A stretch of DNA of 48,330 nucleotides from Macrostomum lignano (lineage: Eukaryota): contig NIVC01004368.1 of the NCBI GenBank assembly GCA_002269645.1, positions 1 to 48,330 on the forward strand, written 5' to 3'. The position numbers and the translations under genes are program-made. Shown piece by piece: positions 21,201 to 31,726 of the stretch (position 1 is its first letter; each line of letters begins with the position of its first letter). A model generated the notes under the pieces. That model saw nothing but the letters and a program-made list of their open reading frames with translations. It had not been told where the DNA came from and did not search any database.

Positions 21201-24200
21201 TGCAGCACATTCAAGGGAACTAGAAGCACCACCATCTTAATGTTGAACAAACTCACACAGGGAGGGACTGTTAATGGCAGTGCAAATCCAGAAGTTGTGC
21301 TTCTAATAGAGTAGAGATGTTCCGAAATTTCGATTTCGATTTTTCAAAATTCGGATTTTTTTAGAGCAAATTTCGATTTCGAAAAAATTTCGGAAGTCAA
21401 AATTTCGGAAGTGCTTACTTCCGAAATTTTTATCTGATTTTAGTTTTTTTGAACTTTGTTACTGTCTTTTATCGGTGATATTATACAATTTTTACATGTA
21501 AAACTATTTGAATTTGTTAAAACTGTTCCATGCATGTAGGACATGTAACATGGTAGTTTGTACATGTGGAACTGTAAATTTTCGTAAATTTTGTTGCACT
21601 TTAAAGCTGCAAAAGCATCTGCTGATATATTGCATATTTTTCGCATTTTACAGTATATATATGTACATTTACTGTACATGTACATGCATTATCGTTTACA
21701 CGATCTCAGTTATTGCTAGTCATGCAGTGATACATGTACATTTTAACTGTACATTTTATACATGTACAACTCAGTATGCACCCTATACCCCACCACCTAG
21801 ACGGATAAAGGCAGAGAAATTTGTTTTGTCTAACAGGGAAAAGGCGCACTTTGCTACCGTGCTTAATACCGTCTAGTAATGCAATATACCCGCCTTAGTG
21901 TTTCTTTTAAAGGCACTAGTTCAAATAAATTACTTAACACATTTACAGATCATATGTAGTTTTCGCGTCGAAAAAAATTTTTGCATTTAAAAGTGGCAAT
22001 GAGGGATTCTACTTATTTAGTGGCCAAAAATAAACGAACTTCTGCTAAACATACATGTATTTTGTTTTGCATGAGCAGTAAATCGAAAGTAGAAAAGTGA
22101 GTGTTGGTTGTACTAAACTTTGTTTTTCTGAATTACGATTTTGGAAAATTTTGATTTCGATTTTGATTTCGGAAAGTAGCGAATTTTGATTTCGATTTCG
22201 ATTTTGACAGAAAATTTGCTTTCGGAACATCTCTATAATAGAGATCTATCTGTGCAGAATGCAAAAATTAAGATTCATGGTGCAGAATCGCAGATGCAAC
22301 AATCCACACATATTGCTCTTCTCAAATAATTTCAGCTGAAAGAGAAGCTGTTTTTGAAATGAATGAAGAAACTAGACATCTTGGGACAGAATTTTTACAA
22401 TGACGCAATGCTTATGCTGAATCTATTGCTATAGAATCTTGCCTATCAAATGATGCTGATACTGAAGTGCGGATCCAATGACCACATATAGCCATTCATT
22501 TGGACTCAGATTTGGAGACTGCGACTGATGGCCAAAGAAGTGAGAGTCCTCCAAGAAAAGGTTATATAGTTATACAAACAGTTACAAATAGTTACCTAAT
22601 TATATATTTCCAGATACTTGAGAAGAGCAAACCAATAATGTACTTCTATAGATTTAAGCAACTGTCAGTCATAGAAACAAGACAAAGCATGATATGCTAA
22701 AAGATTTATTTACTCAATATAACATTGTAACAATTTTTTGCAAGACTATGGGGCGTTACAACAAATAAAGCATCTATGATGACAGGAAGTCAAGTTTGCT
22801 AAAACCATGGGCAAAAAACAATTTCTTCCAACACCATTGTGCTGCACACAAATTGGAGCCTATATGCCTTTGAAAAGTTGCCATATATAATGCCTAGATA
22901 CACTACTGCAACGCCTAGAGGACAGGCAAAAAATATCCCGATTGCAACTTAGTTCCTCCTGATTGTGGCTTAGTTATTTTGTTTTCTTCTTTTCTCTTTC
23001 TTTTTCTCTCCTGTTTCCCTCTTCTCTTCTCTTTTTTCTTTTCTTTTCTTTCTACTTTTTTTATTTTCTCTTCCTCTTTTTTTCTCCCAATTTTTTATTT
23101 TCCCATTTTCAATTTGCGACTTACCTTGGCCAGAGGCCATTTTACCTATTTGGTTTGGACAGGTGTTGGGCATGTATGTTCTGGACTATGGTAATAAGCT
23201 GCAAATTATATAAAACTCTTGTTGCTAAATTTAATAAGATTGTCACCAAATTTGCTTTTACGCCATGACGCACAGCAGCTCACAGGTAAGATGCAAGGAG
23301 GACATCACGCGCTACATACAGCGCTGCTGAACAAGGATGAGAAGCATGCACAGGAGAAAGTCAGCAGCACGGTGGAAATTCAGCAAACTGTAAGTAAAAC
23401 TTGTTTTTCTAATTTCTATAACTTTGATAATATTGCTATGGGCTATAGTATAGCATATCTCCTATCATATGTATTGATTGCTGTGTCATCTAGAATATGC
23501 ATGCAAGTTAATCGTAAAATTGGAAATTGTAGTTGAAAGATCGCAGCAGAAATGTTCTTTATTGCCTCATAAACATTATAACATAGTGCCAAATGCTAAT
23601 TGCTCTTAATGTTCTCTTATAACGCAGTTGCAAGAAATAAAAAAGTAAACTAAATTCTATTAAAAGTCTCAACAAATTTTCTGCTTTGTTTAATTATCTT
23701 TTTGATTGGTTGCGCGTACATTTATTTATGCTGACATTTAAATGTGAAAATATTCTTCGAAACACCATGCTAAATAGTTATCAGATTTGATAACCCGACC
23801 CGAGCCAAAGTGCTACAACTACTACTGAAAAAGTGTGTGGATAAGGCAAAGACAATTTTGTTTGTTCGTGAACTCTGTGTTGTTCATCACGGAGTTTCTT
23901 CATTTTGTATTAACCGATTAGCCAAATTGAAGTAAAGGGTTTCAGTGTTCGTAATCATTTTAAGTACTCACTGATGCAATTGCCACACTATTTACATTAT
24001 TTATTTTTCTTTGAATAGACCAACAATGTAACTTTGTAAGTCAAAAGACGAGTAGACTAAGAATTAAGAAATAGATACAACTACAACAGAAGGGGGCAGA
24101 AGTACAGTACAGAACAGAGTGCAGTAAAACACAAGTGCGGTAAAACACACAACTTTCTCTCAATCTCTTTAAATCTCTCAAAAACGAGTGATGCATCATC

Positions 24201-27200
24201 AGAATGAACATGATAGAGACTGGAGTCATGCACAATATCACCTAAACCTAGAGTGCTATGGCACCCTAGGATTTGAAGATTTGAATGACACATCGTCCAT
24301 ACCACCTTAGGATTTGAAGATTGTCATGACGCACCGTCCAGGCCACTTTATGATTGCCATGGCGCACTAGATGCACTGTCCACAGTGTCTGAAAACTTAT
24401 TCCAATAGGGTGCCAAGTGTATGCCAAGATTGTCAGTAAGAGCAAAAATATGCCAGAAAATTCTGGCATAAAGGCCATCTTCTGGACCATACATGCCCAA
24501 CCTTAAAATTTCACCCATCTGGTACAACTTAGTTTTGTCCAGATTTGCAACTTACCTATATACAACCACACTGAAAGACCAAGGGGGGGGGGGGGTAGCA
24601 CGCCCCGTGTATGCTTGTGCTTATTGAAAAATGGAATACCTCATTTCTCTTCCCTTTCTCCTACCCTCACTCACTTTACCAATCGATTTATCATTCACTT
24701 ATTCACTTATGCAGCATTGCAGACTGCAGTACTAAACTGCACTGTAGCCTGCACCCTGTAGGCTACACTCTACATACTGTACTGTATGTCTGGCTTATAT
24801 ATGTACACTTGTACACTCATATATAGGTGGTGTACATTCTTTGAGTCATTATATACTTCACTTAAAGATGGACCTGCACCTGACTATATAAGGGCTAAGC
24901 AATAAGTTTCTGGATGTGCCCAGATAAAAATAGTTAAAAAGAAAAAACAGTTACATCTTTTCAAAGTACTCTCCAGCAGATTCGATGTAAATTTTCATGC
25001 ACTCAAACCACTTGCTGAAGCAACTGGACCAATCTGAAGCAGGCACCTCTTCCACATGCCGGATGAAGGCCTCCACTGCAGCTTCCGGTGATCCATAGTG
25101 GATTCCACACATCCTGTGCTTGATTTGTGGAAACACAAAAAAGTTCCAGGGGTCAGGTTGGGGCTGTAGGGTGGATGACTGAGCTCTTGAATGTGCTCTC
25201 TGGCCAGGAACTCTGCCACCTGTTGAGCCTTATGGGATAGGGCATTGTTGTAATGGAGAAAGATGCCCCAAGCTTGAGTCCTTGCTCTTAGGCAATGCCT
25301 GGAGAGAGCGCTCAGCACTTCTGGCTGGCAAACATTGGTGTACCAGTCACTGGTGACTATGCATTGCTGCACAAGTGGAACTGTGGCCAGATGACCGGTT
25401 TTCGCCACAAAAATGGCCACCATCTGCTTTGCAATGCTGCACTCTCACCAAAGCTTAGATGGTGGGGTGCTGCCAACTAGGCCAACTGATGCTTAGTCTC
25501 TGGGTTGAAACTATAGATCTAGGACTCGTCACTACTGACGATATCCCAAACTGAGTTTGAGCTGCCTCCATTGAATCTGTTGAGCATGGTGCAGCACCAG
25601 GTCACCCAAGCCTCTTTCTACTCCAAAGTCAGCTTATGAGGCACCCAGTGTGCAAAAATCTTGCTCAGGTTGAGCTGTGAATGCAGGATTGTCCTGATGG
25701 ATCCTGATGAGATGCCCACCTCTGCCTCTATCTGGGCCACAGTCACTCGGGCATTATCCTCAACCATGGCCTGGACAGCAGCAACATTATTCTTAGTCGT
25801 TGCGGAGACACACTGGCCACTGCGCTCCTCATCATCTAGACTCTGCCTGCTGCGTCAAAATTTGGCAAACCAGTCATAAACTACCATAAACGGTAGATCT
25901 AGAAAGTGCTTCATCCCCAAAAGCTCCTCGCAATTGCTCAAGACTTTCTTGCTGACGCAAACCACTTTTAAAATGGTAATAAATCATTGCTCTGAAAGGA
26001 CTCCTATTGAGTTCCATTGTGAATTTGATAGATAGAGTGGCTATGCTAGCTTGGTTTGGGTGCTGCACTGGCTATATATGACTAGTGTTTCTGAAACTTT
26101 ACAAACATTGTACTTATATAATGTGCTTGACACCTATGGTGTCAGATTTTGTCAGCCACCTTTCAACAATGCACATCCAGAAACTTATTGCTCAGCCCTC
26201 GTATACTGAATCCTACATGTGAATAGGATGAAAAAAGCCATGAAGACTATTCTATCAACCGGTGCCCCCTTTCTGCAGCTGAAGAGCGAAAGCCATTGCT
26301 CTTTACAGGATGGAAACTTGGTCATGTAACTCCTGGAGAAGTTAATGATTGTTCTGGTATGCATTGGATATTAGATTAAAATTTCCCAGCAATCTTATGT
26401 GCAGCCCAGGGATCAGGTGATGGTGGCTCATTCCATATAAGATGGACATATTTGGAAAATAGAAAAAAGTCAATATTTTTGCTTGCCATTACCTAATTAG
26501 CCTATTTTTTTACCAAATGTTTATATTGTGCAACATATACAATCTAAGAATAAAGGAATGGTAAAATGTTGGATTAGTATGTTATCAATTGGCAAAAAGT
26601 CATTTTTGTAAAAATTTGGACATTTTTCGAAGCAAAAGACATCATTAAGATTTTGTACCTTTTAAAAACAAATAGAAAGCTTTTGAAGGTTGAAACAAAC
26701 TATAGATAAAAGTATAGTACTTGCATCATCAGATAAAAGCATTGGTGACCAAATAATCTATTATATTTTTAATGTATTAGTACCTCAAAGTTACTGAATT
26801 GACAGAAAAAAATATGTTACGACCATAATGTTACGACCATAAGGCTGCCTTTTCTTTTGTATCTTTGTTGCCTTTTGAGTTTATATATTCTAATAAAAGA
26901 GTATGATTTCTAAAGATGTTCTTAGTCAAATTTTAAAAATGTATTGCAAAATATCAAAAATGAAAAATGTTATAAGACTTTTACCTTTTAGTTTCTATAT
27001 GTAAAAAATCCTGTCGTTACGACCATAAGTGTCATTTAAGGTTTAATAGCATCTATACTAATGATGATATCTATATGAAACTCTATAAATATATTCTAGA
27101 CAAAATAATCTTTCATTTAAAATATTGGTTTAGTATATTCTATTATTAGATTTCATTTTATAAGTAAAAATAACCTGTCATGTTACGACCATGCTTATAT

Positions 27201-29905
27201 GGAATGAGCCTGGTGCAGCTGCAGCACATTCAAGGGAACTAGAAGCACCACCATCTTAATGTTGAACAAACTCACACAGGGAGGGACTGTTAATGGCAGT
27301 GCAAATCCAGAAGTTGTGCTTCTAATAGAGTAGAGATGTTCCGAAATTTCGATTTCGATTTTCCAAAATTCGGATTTTTTTAGAGCAAATTTTGATTTCG
27401 AAAAAATTTCGGAAGTCAAAATTTCGGAAGTGCCTACTTCCGAAATTTTTATCTGATTTTAGTTTTTTTAGAACTTTGTTACTGTCTTTTATCGGTGATA
27501 TTATACAATTTTTACATGTAAAACTATTTGAATTTGTTAAAACTGTTCCATGCATGTAGGACATGTAACATGGTAGTTTGTACATGTGGAACTGTAAATT
27601 TTCGTAAATTTTGTTGCACTTTAAAGCTGCAAAAGCGTCTACTGATATATTGCATATTTTTCGCATTTTACAGTATATATATGTACATTTACTGTACATG
27701 TACATGCATTATCGTTTACACGATCTCAGTTATTGCTAGTCATGCAGTGATACATGTACATTTTAACTGTACATTTTATACATGTACAACTCAGTATGCA
27801 CCCTATACCCCACCACCTAGACGGATAAAGGCAGAGAAATTTGTTTTGTCTAACAGGGAAAAGGCGCACTTTGCTACCGTGCTTTAATACCGTCTAGTAA
27901 TGCAATATACCCGCCTTAGTGTTTCTTTTAAAGGCACTAGTTCAAATAAATTACTTAACACATTTACAGATCATATGTAGTTTTCGCGTCGAAAAAATTT
28001 TTTGCATTTAAAAGTGGCAATGAGGGATTCTACTTATTTAGTGGCCAAAAATAAACGAACTTCTGCTAAACATACATGTATTTTGTTTTGCATGAGCAGT
28101 AAATCGAAAGTAGAAAAGTGAGTGTCGGTTGTACTAAACTTTGTTTTTCTGAATTACGATTTTGGAAAATTTTGATTTCAATTTTGATTTCGGAAAGTAG
28201 CGAATTTTGATTTCGATTTCGATTTTGACAGAAAATTTGCTTTCGGAACATCTCTATAATAGAGATCTATCTGTGCAGAATGCAAAAATTAAGATTCATG
28301 GTGCAGAATCGCAGATGCAACAATCCACACATATTGCTCTTCTCAAATAATTTCAGCTGAAAGAGAAGCTGTTTTTGAAATGAATGAAGAAACTAGACAT
28401 CTTGGGACAGAATTTTTACAATGACGCAATGCTTATGCTGAATCTATTGCTATAGAATCTTGCCTATCAAATGATGCTGATACCGAAGTGTGGATCCAAT
28501 GACCACATATAGCCATTCATTTGGACTCAGATTTGGAGACTGCGACTGATGGCCAAAGAAGTGAGAGTCCTCCAAGAAAAGGTTATATAGTTATACAAAC
28601 AGTTACAAATAGTTACCTAATTATATATTTCCAGATACTTGAGAAGAGCAAACCAATAATGTACTTCTATAGATTTAAGCAACTGTCAGTCATAGAAACA
28701 AGACAAAGCATGATATGCTAAAAGATTTATTTACTCAATATAACATTGTAACAATTTTTTGCAAGACTATGGGGCGTTACAACAAATAAAGCATCTATGA
28801 TGACAGGAAGTCAAGTTTGCTAAAACCATGGGCAAAAAACAATTTCTTCCAACACCATTGTGCTGCACACAAATTGGAGCCTATATGCCTTTGAAAATTT
28901 GCCATATATAATGCCTAGATACACTACTGCAACGCCTAGAGGACAGGCAAAAAATATCCCGATTGCAACTTAGTTCCTCCCTATAGTAACTTACGAGTAG
29001 TTCCTCCTAATTGCGACTTAGTTCCTCCTAATTGCAACTTAGTTCCTCCCAATTGTGACTTAGTTCCTCCTGATTGTGGCTTAGTTATTTTGTTTTCTTC
29101 TTTTCTCTTTCTTTTTCTCTCCTGTTTCCCTCTTCTCTTCTCTTTTTTCTTTTCTTTTTTTTTTACTTTTTTTATTTTCTCTTCCTCTTTTTTTCTCCCA
29201 ATTTTTTATTTTCCCATTTTCAATTTGCGACTTACCTTGGCCAGAGGCCATTTTACCTATTTGGTTTGGACAGGTGTTGGGCATGTATGTTCTGGACTAT
29301 GGTAATAACTTAATAAGCTGCAAATTATATAAAACTCTTGTTGCTAAATTTAATAAGATTGTCACCAAATTTGCTTTTACTAATTTGTCATTGGTGAATC
29401 TCTATTGCCAAATTTATTTGTTGCCAAATTGAATAGCACCCAAGCTAGGCTTATACTGTTTATCCCTATGCAATTTTTGTCTTTTTTATTAGTTTAGGCT
29501 TAGCTGATTTACAACTAAGTCTAAAGAATCATATAAAGATAGGCCTCTATATTCTGTAATTGATAATTTCTAAACATTAACCTAAGCTAAACTTAATACT
29601 ATTTTTATAAATAGACCTAAATTCCTTAATTTTCAACATCAAATAAAATTAGGCCCAATGCCAATGGCCTATTTATTGAACAAACAAAATTAGTACTTAC
29701 CATAAATTATTGCTAAGCTAGTCTCATGTATGAACCGAAATCTCATATGCTTAAACAGCCAAATAGTAAGCAATGACAAAACTAAAAGGCCAAGATATAG
29801 CAATAAAGTAAGGCTATCAGAAATATGATTTGCTTCTACCCTTTCTGCTTGTGACTTCTCAACACTTTTTTCAAGTGTATCACTATCAGTCAAAACCATT
29901 TTCAT
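6065..29905 (-). CDS. SLC9A6-like: Endosomal/organellar Na+/H+ exchanger (NHE6/7/9 type, CPA1 family), multi-exon gene
   Basis: Exons at 29701-29905, 13969-14123, 13672-13923, 13129-13205, 12934-13037, 11522-12344, 10767-10822, 7575-7735, 6415-6523 and 6065-6292. All have GT-AG ends and compatible phases, except that a phase 1-to-0 exon is missing between 10767 and 7735. Family motifs: [85 protein letters not shown]. Confidence 0.95.
6415..6523 (-). CDS. SLC9A6-like: NHE exon ([36 protein letters not shown])
   Basis: Matches the NHE6-type tail motif YLKPLLTH.GPPLT.T.P.CC.P.AR.LT; acceptor CTCTGCAG, donor GTTCGT. Confidence 0.9.
6745..7490 (+). repeat. G-rich intronic minisatellite (16-bp GGAGGGTGTGGGTTCC and ~31-bp derived units)
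   Basis: Visible arrays inside NHE intron 6524-7574. Confidence 0.93.
7575..7735 (-). CDS. SLC9A6-like: NHE exon ([15 protein letters not shown]...[14 protein letters not shown])
   Basis: Acceptor CCCGCAG and donor GTAAGA. It joins the next exon to give ...[15 protein letters not shown], matching the NHE6 WxxFDxxYLKPLLT region. Confidence 0.8.
8458..8809 (+). repeat. 150-bp tandem repeat (2 copies plus a partial third)
   Basis: CGACCTTCGGGACC at 8458 and at 8608; ~95% identical by eye. Confidence 0.9.
9231..10628 (+). repeat. 43/44-bp satellite array (~32 copies; AGGAGGTTCAGATTCCCTACTTGCTGGATCTAGAGGCGTCTCT/CCA)
   Basis: Homogeneous array with interspersed CTAGG, CCAAGG and GAGATT variants. 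Confidence 0.97.
10767..10822 (-). CDS. SLC9A6-like: NHE exon ([18 protein letters not shown])
   Basis: Acceptor TTCTTCAG and donor GTAAGT. Completes the conserved L.I(R/Q)VGV motif with the upstream exon. Confidence 0.88.
11084..11335 (+). repeat. Polypyrimidine low-complexity repeat (CTTCCTCTTCTCTCTCCTTTCG units)
   Basis: Nearly pure C/T tract with imperfect ~33-bp periodicity. Confidence 0.88.
11522..12344 (-). CDS. SLC9A6-like: NHE large core exon (823 bp, transmembrane helices)
   Basis: Open frame with [33 protein letters not shown] and [11 protein letters not shown]; acceptor CTCCGCAG, donor GTTGGT. Confidence 0.96.
12381..12890 (+). repeat. 45-bp minisatellite (GTGAGACTAAGCAATCTCAGAGGTGAGATCTAGGACTGCGGCACA), ~11 copies
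   Basis: Fills most of NHE intron 12345-12933. Confidence 0.96.
12934..13037 (-). CDS. SLC9A6-like: NHE exon ([34 protein letters not shown])
   Basis: Conserved [12 protein letters not shown] motif; acceptor CCGCAG, donor GTTAGT. Confidence 0.95.
13129..13205 (-). CDS. SLC9A6-like: NHE exon ([26 protein letters not shown])
   Basis: Conserved FFxNxGxILxxAFxGT motif; acceptor TTGCAG, donor GTGAGT. Confidence 0.95.
13280..13616 (+). repeat. Second array of the 43/44-bp satellite family, arranged as an 89-bp higher-order dimer (~3.8 copies)
   Basis: GAGGCCAGTC recurs at 13322, 13411, 13500 and 13589; same core as 9231-10628. Confidence 0.95.
13672..13923 (-). CDS. SLC9A6-like: NHE exon (LQPVAV...[27 protein letters not shown])
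   Basis: Conserved motif; phase-0 splice sites; follows a 45-nt intron. Confidence 0.93.
13969..14123 (-). CDS. SLC9A6-like: NHE exon 2 ([10 protein letters not shown]...DPLPPEK)
   Basis: Acceptor CACCCAG and donor GTGAGG; joins exon 1 to give IIYGLVVG. Confidence 0.92.
17160..18404. mobile_element. 1245-bp non-autonomous DNA transposon, TIR CCCTATTGGAATAAGT, 8-bp TSD; superfamily unassigned
   Basis: Perfect 16-bp TIRs; perfect TSD TGCCAAGT at 17152-17159 and 18405-18412. Confidence 0.85.
18880..20182 (-). mobile_element. Full-length (1303 bp) defective mariner element; CGAGGG-type terminus resembling irritans-subfamily elements
   Basis: 31-bp TIRs ((C/T)(G/A)AGGGCT(G/A)AGCAATAAGTTTCTGGATGTGC) with TA flanks. 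Transposase remnants [24 protein letters not shown] and [10 protein letters not shown], with stops and frameshifts. Confidence 0.95.
20406..21191. mobile_element. 786-bp TIR element, TIR GGCTCATTC(C/T)ATATAAG, 4-bp TSD TGGT, internal TGTTACGACCAT motifs
   Basis: 17-bp TIR (perfect in copy 2); TGGT on both flanks; four TGTTACGACCAT copies. Confidence 0.8.
21312..22235. mobile_element. hAT-type non-autonomous element (924 bp)
   Basis: TIR TAGAGATGTTCCGAA; perfect 8-bp TSD TAATAGAG; subterminal TTCGATTT repeats and a 13-bp-stem palindrome. Confidence 0.92.
24889..26201 (-). mobile_element. Duplicate copy of the defective mariner (1313 bp; keeps the ATG but has a 10-bp insertion)
   Basis: Same TIRs and ORF remnants as 18880-20182. 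Confidence 0.95.
26425..27210. mobile_element. Duplicate of the 786-bp GGCTCATT TIR element
   Basis: Perfect 17-bp TIRs, TGGT TSD. Confidence 0.8.
27331..28256. mobile_element. Duplicate of the hAT-type element
   Basis: TAGAGATG...CATCTCTA ends, TAATAGAG TSD. Confidence 0.92.
29701..29905 (-). CDS. SLC9A6-like: NHE first recognisable coding exon
   Basis: [40 protein letters not shown] is the NHE6/7/9 N-terminal motif; GTAAGT donor, phase 1. An upstream exon cannot be excluded. Confidence 0.92.
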
Positions 29906-30009
29906 TTATAAAAATTGGCCAGATTGGCAGATTAGTCTTGTGTTGTGGCTTGGACCTTGTTCCAATTTTAATTAGTTTGAATTGAATCTATATTTTCTAG
30001 ACTAAAGTC

Positions 30010-30840
30010 AAGGCCTGCAGATTAGTATTAGGGGCATAGGCCTACTATTATTAGTGTATTAGATATTAGGCCATTACATAGGGGCATAGGCCTACTAGGG
30101 CCTAACTATACTACAGTACAAAGCCCACTGCTTACCAGCTGAATAATGCCATCTTATAATAGGCCTAGCGGCGCCTAGCCTACTCGATCAAAAGGACCTA
30201 GGCTCCTAGCCCTAGGGCCTAGGCTAACTTTTAGAAAAAAAGTTACAGAAATTTATCAGTAACTTAAATCATTTTGGCCTAGGCATAGTATAGCTATATA
30301 CTATAATATACTATATACTTAGACTATAACAAGCAAGATAGTAGGCCCGATACCCTTAACTTGGCCTAGGTCTATCTAGTTTATGACCGGATTTTCAGTT
30401 GTAGTAGTAAGAGAATTTGGCTCAGGCAATTAGCCTGTTTGGCCAATATATTATAGAGCTATGTATTTGGAATTTTCGAATATAGAAGTTTATAAAGACG
30501 ATTTGACGACGATTTGCTGAGTTATTGTAAAAGATAAAGTATTTGAAAGCGCGCCAGAATTTTTACGGTATTTTTAGACGAAAAGTGACAACGAGTATAA
30601 ATATTAATACAAAAATGAGTACAAATTACGAGGTATAGCTTTAATTGCGAGATTACTTTGGTAAGCAAGTTTGTAAAAAAAAAAAGATGTAGTATTTTTG
30701 AAAGCGCGTGATATTTCAAAGCGTGAAAAACGAACATAAACAATACTTCGAAAGAATTTTACGTTTAACGAATAACGACGATTTAAATATAGGAAATTAA
30801 AAAAGACAGTAAATGAATAAACAACTGAAAAGCGGATTTG
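30010..30840 (-). promoter_or_regulatory. Putative NHE 5' regulatory region (TAGGCCTA-rich tract, then CpG-containing AT-rich DNA with a repeated TTTGAAAGCGCG)
   Basis: Based only on position upstream of exon 1 and on motif clustering. Confidence 0.3.
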
Positions 30841-30880
30841 TTACACTGCTGATGTATCTGATTCAGTTTGTTTAACTGTT

Positions 30881-31340
30881 TTAGCTATTCATGACTTCAT
30901 ATATTTTAGCTACACCAGTGAGCTCTTTTCTGACTCTTTTTTCATTTGTAGCATATCCTATCTTGTGTATTTGATTGCTATTTAAGAGGTATTGACAGAA
31001 GTATTTTTTCCTGATCTCTTCAGTTTGTGGACATTCGGTCAAGTAGTGTAGAATGTCAGAACCATTTCGCGCTCCACACATTTTACATGGTTCTTGAGAA
31101 AAAAAGTTGGGTGTAATCTCGCATTTCAGTTTTAGGAGGGTTGTTAAGAATTTTTTGTTTCTAAATGTACATGGAAAGAAATCTGAAAGGTCGGGCCTGC
31201 AGATTTTTTTGTAGAGATAGGCGTTTTTGTAGAATTTAATATGTTGCTGATTCTCTAGCTTTTGGCTAAGTTCTCTTTCTCTGTGTATCTTGAGGTGCTT
31301 TTTCACTAGGTATTTCACTAGGTAGTTCACTAGGTAGTTT
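30881..31340 (-). mobile_element. 5'-truncated non-LTR retrotransposon fragment encoding the ORF2 C-terminal zinc knuckle
   Basis: The 149-codon ORF contains CKMCGA...DILHYLTECP, the Cx2C-x7-H-x4-C knuckle typical of LINE ORF2 C-termini. Confidence 0.65.
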
Positions 31341-31539
31341 TCGGTTCAGTTCCGAAATTTAAATTAATTCACTCCGGATTGCCTCTAAATAGTTAGTGTA
31401 TAAACAAAGTAAAAACATTTCTGCTCCAATTGCACTTCAACAGCAAATAAAAAAGCATTGCCATTGCAATAAATATTTAAATTATATTATTTTTTGATGA
31501 TAGTTTTACATTTTGCTTGGAGAATGCCTAAGGCAAAGG

Positions 31540-31726
31540 CGGTGGCGCAACCAGGTGGGGGCGGGGCGGTCGCCCCCCTCTTATAGGCGCGGAGACCCAA
31601 AAAATCAAAGAATCAGAGGGGGGACCAAGCGAATTTTCGCCAAAACAGAGCCACCCCTCCGACCCCTCTCCTGGGACTTTACCCTCCAGAATCCGCCCCC
31701 TCATAAAATTTCTGGTTGCACTACTG
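31540..31726. mobile_element. Degenerate MITE with CAGTGGCGCAACCAG-type ends
   Basis: TIRs match 12/15; no TSD found. Confidence 0.45.

Larger units (their letters stand above)
16776..23191. mobile_element. Large composite non-autonomous DNA transposon with TIR CCATAGTCCAGA(T/A)CAT, hosting four nested elements; the right end is repeated at 29290-29302 by the duplication
   Basis: TIRs match 15/16. Left flank is TAATAAGT; right flank is TAATAAGC (copy 1) or TAATAACT (copy 2), i.e. a near-perfect 8-bp TSD. Confidence 0.55.
17255..29379 (+). repeat. Direct tandem duplication of ~6 kb (copy 1 17255-23260, copy 2 23261-29379)
   Basis: The ORF track repeats nearly identically with a ~6006-bp offset. 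The junction is TTTGCTTTTA|CGCCATGACG. Scattered SNPs and indels separate the copies. Confidence 0.97.

Noticed and set aside
22963-23268. Phe/Leu-rich and Lys-rich ORFs (also 29074-29313, 10873-11524 and 45322-45710)
   Set aside because: They are translations of polypyrimidine or polypurine tracts.
17255-29379. Helitron rolling-circle tandem as the cause of the duplication
   Set aside because: The unit does not start with TC or end with a hairpin plus CTRR, and it cuts through TIR elements.
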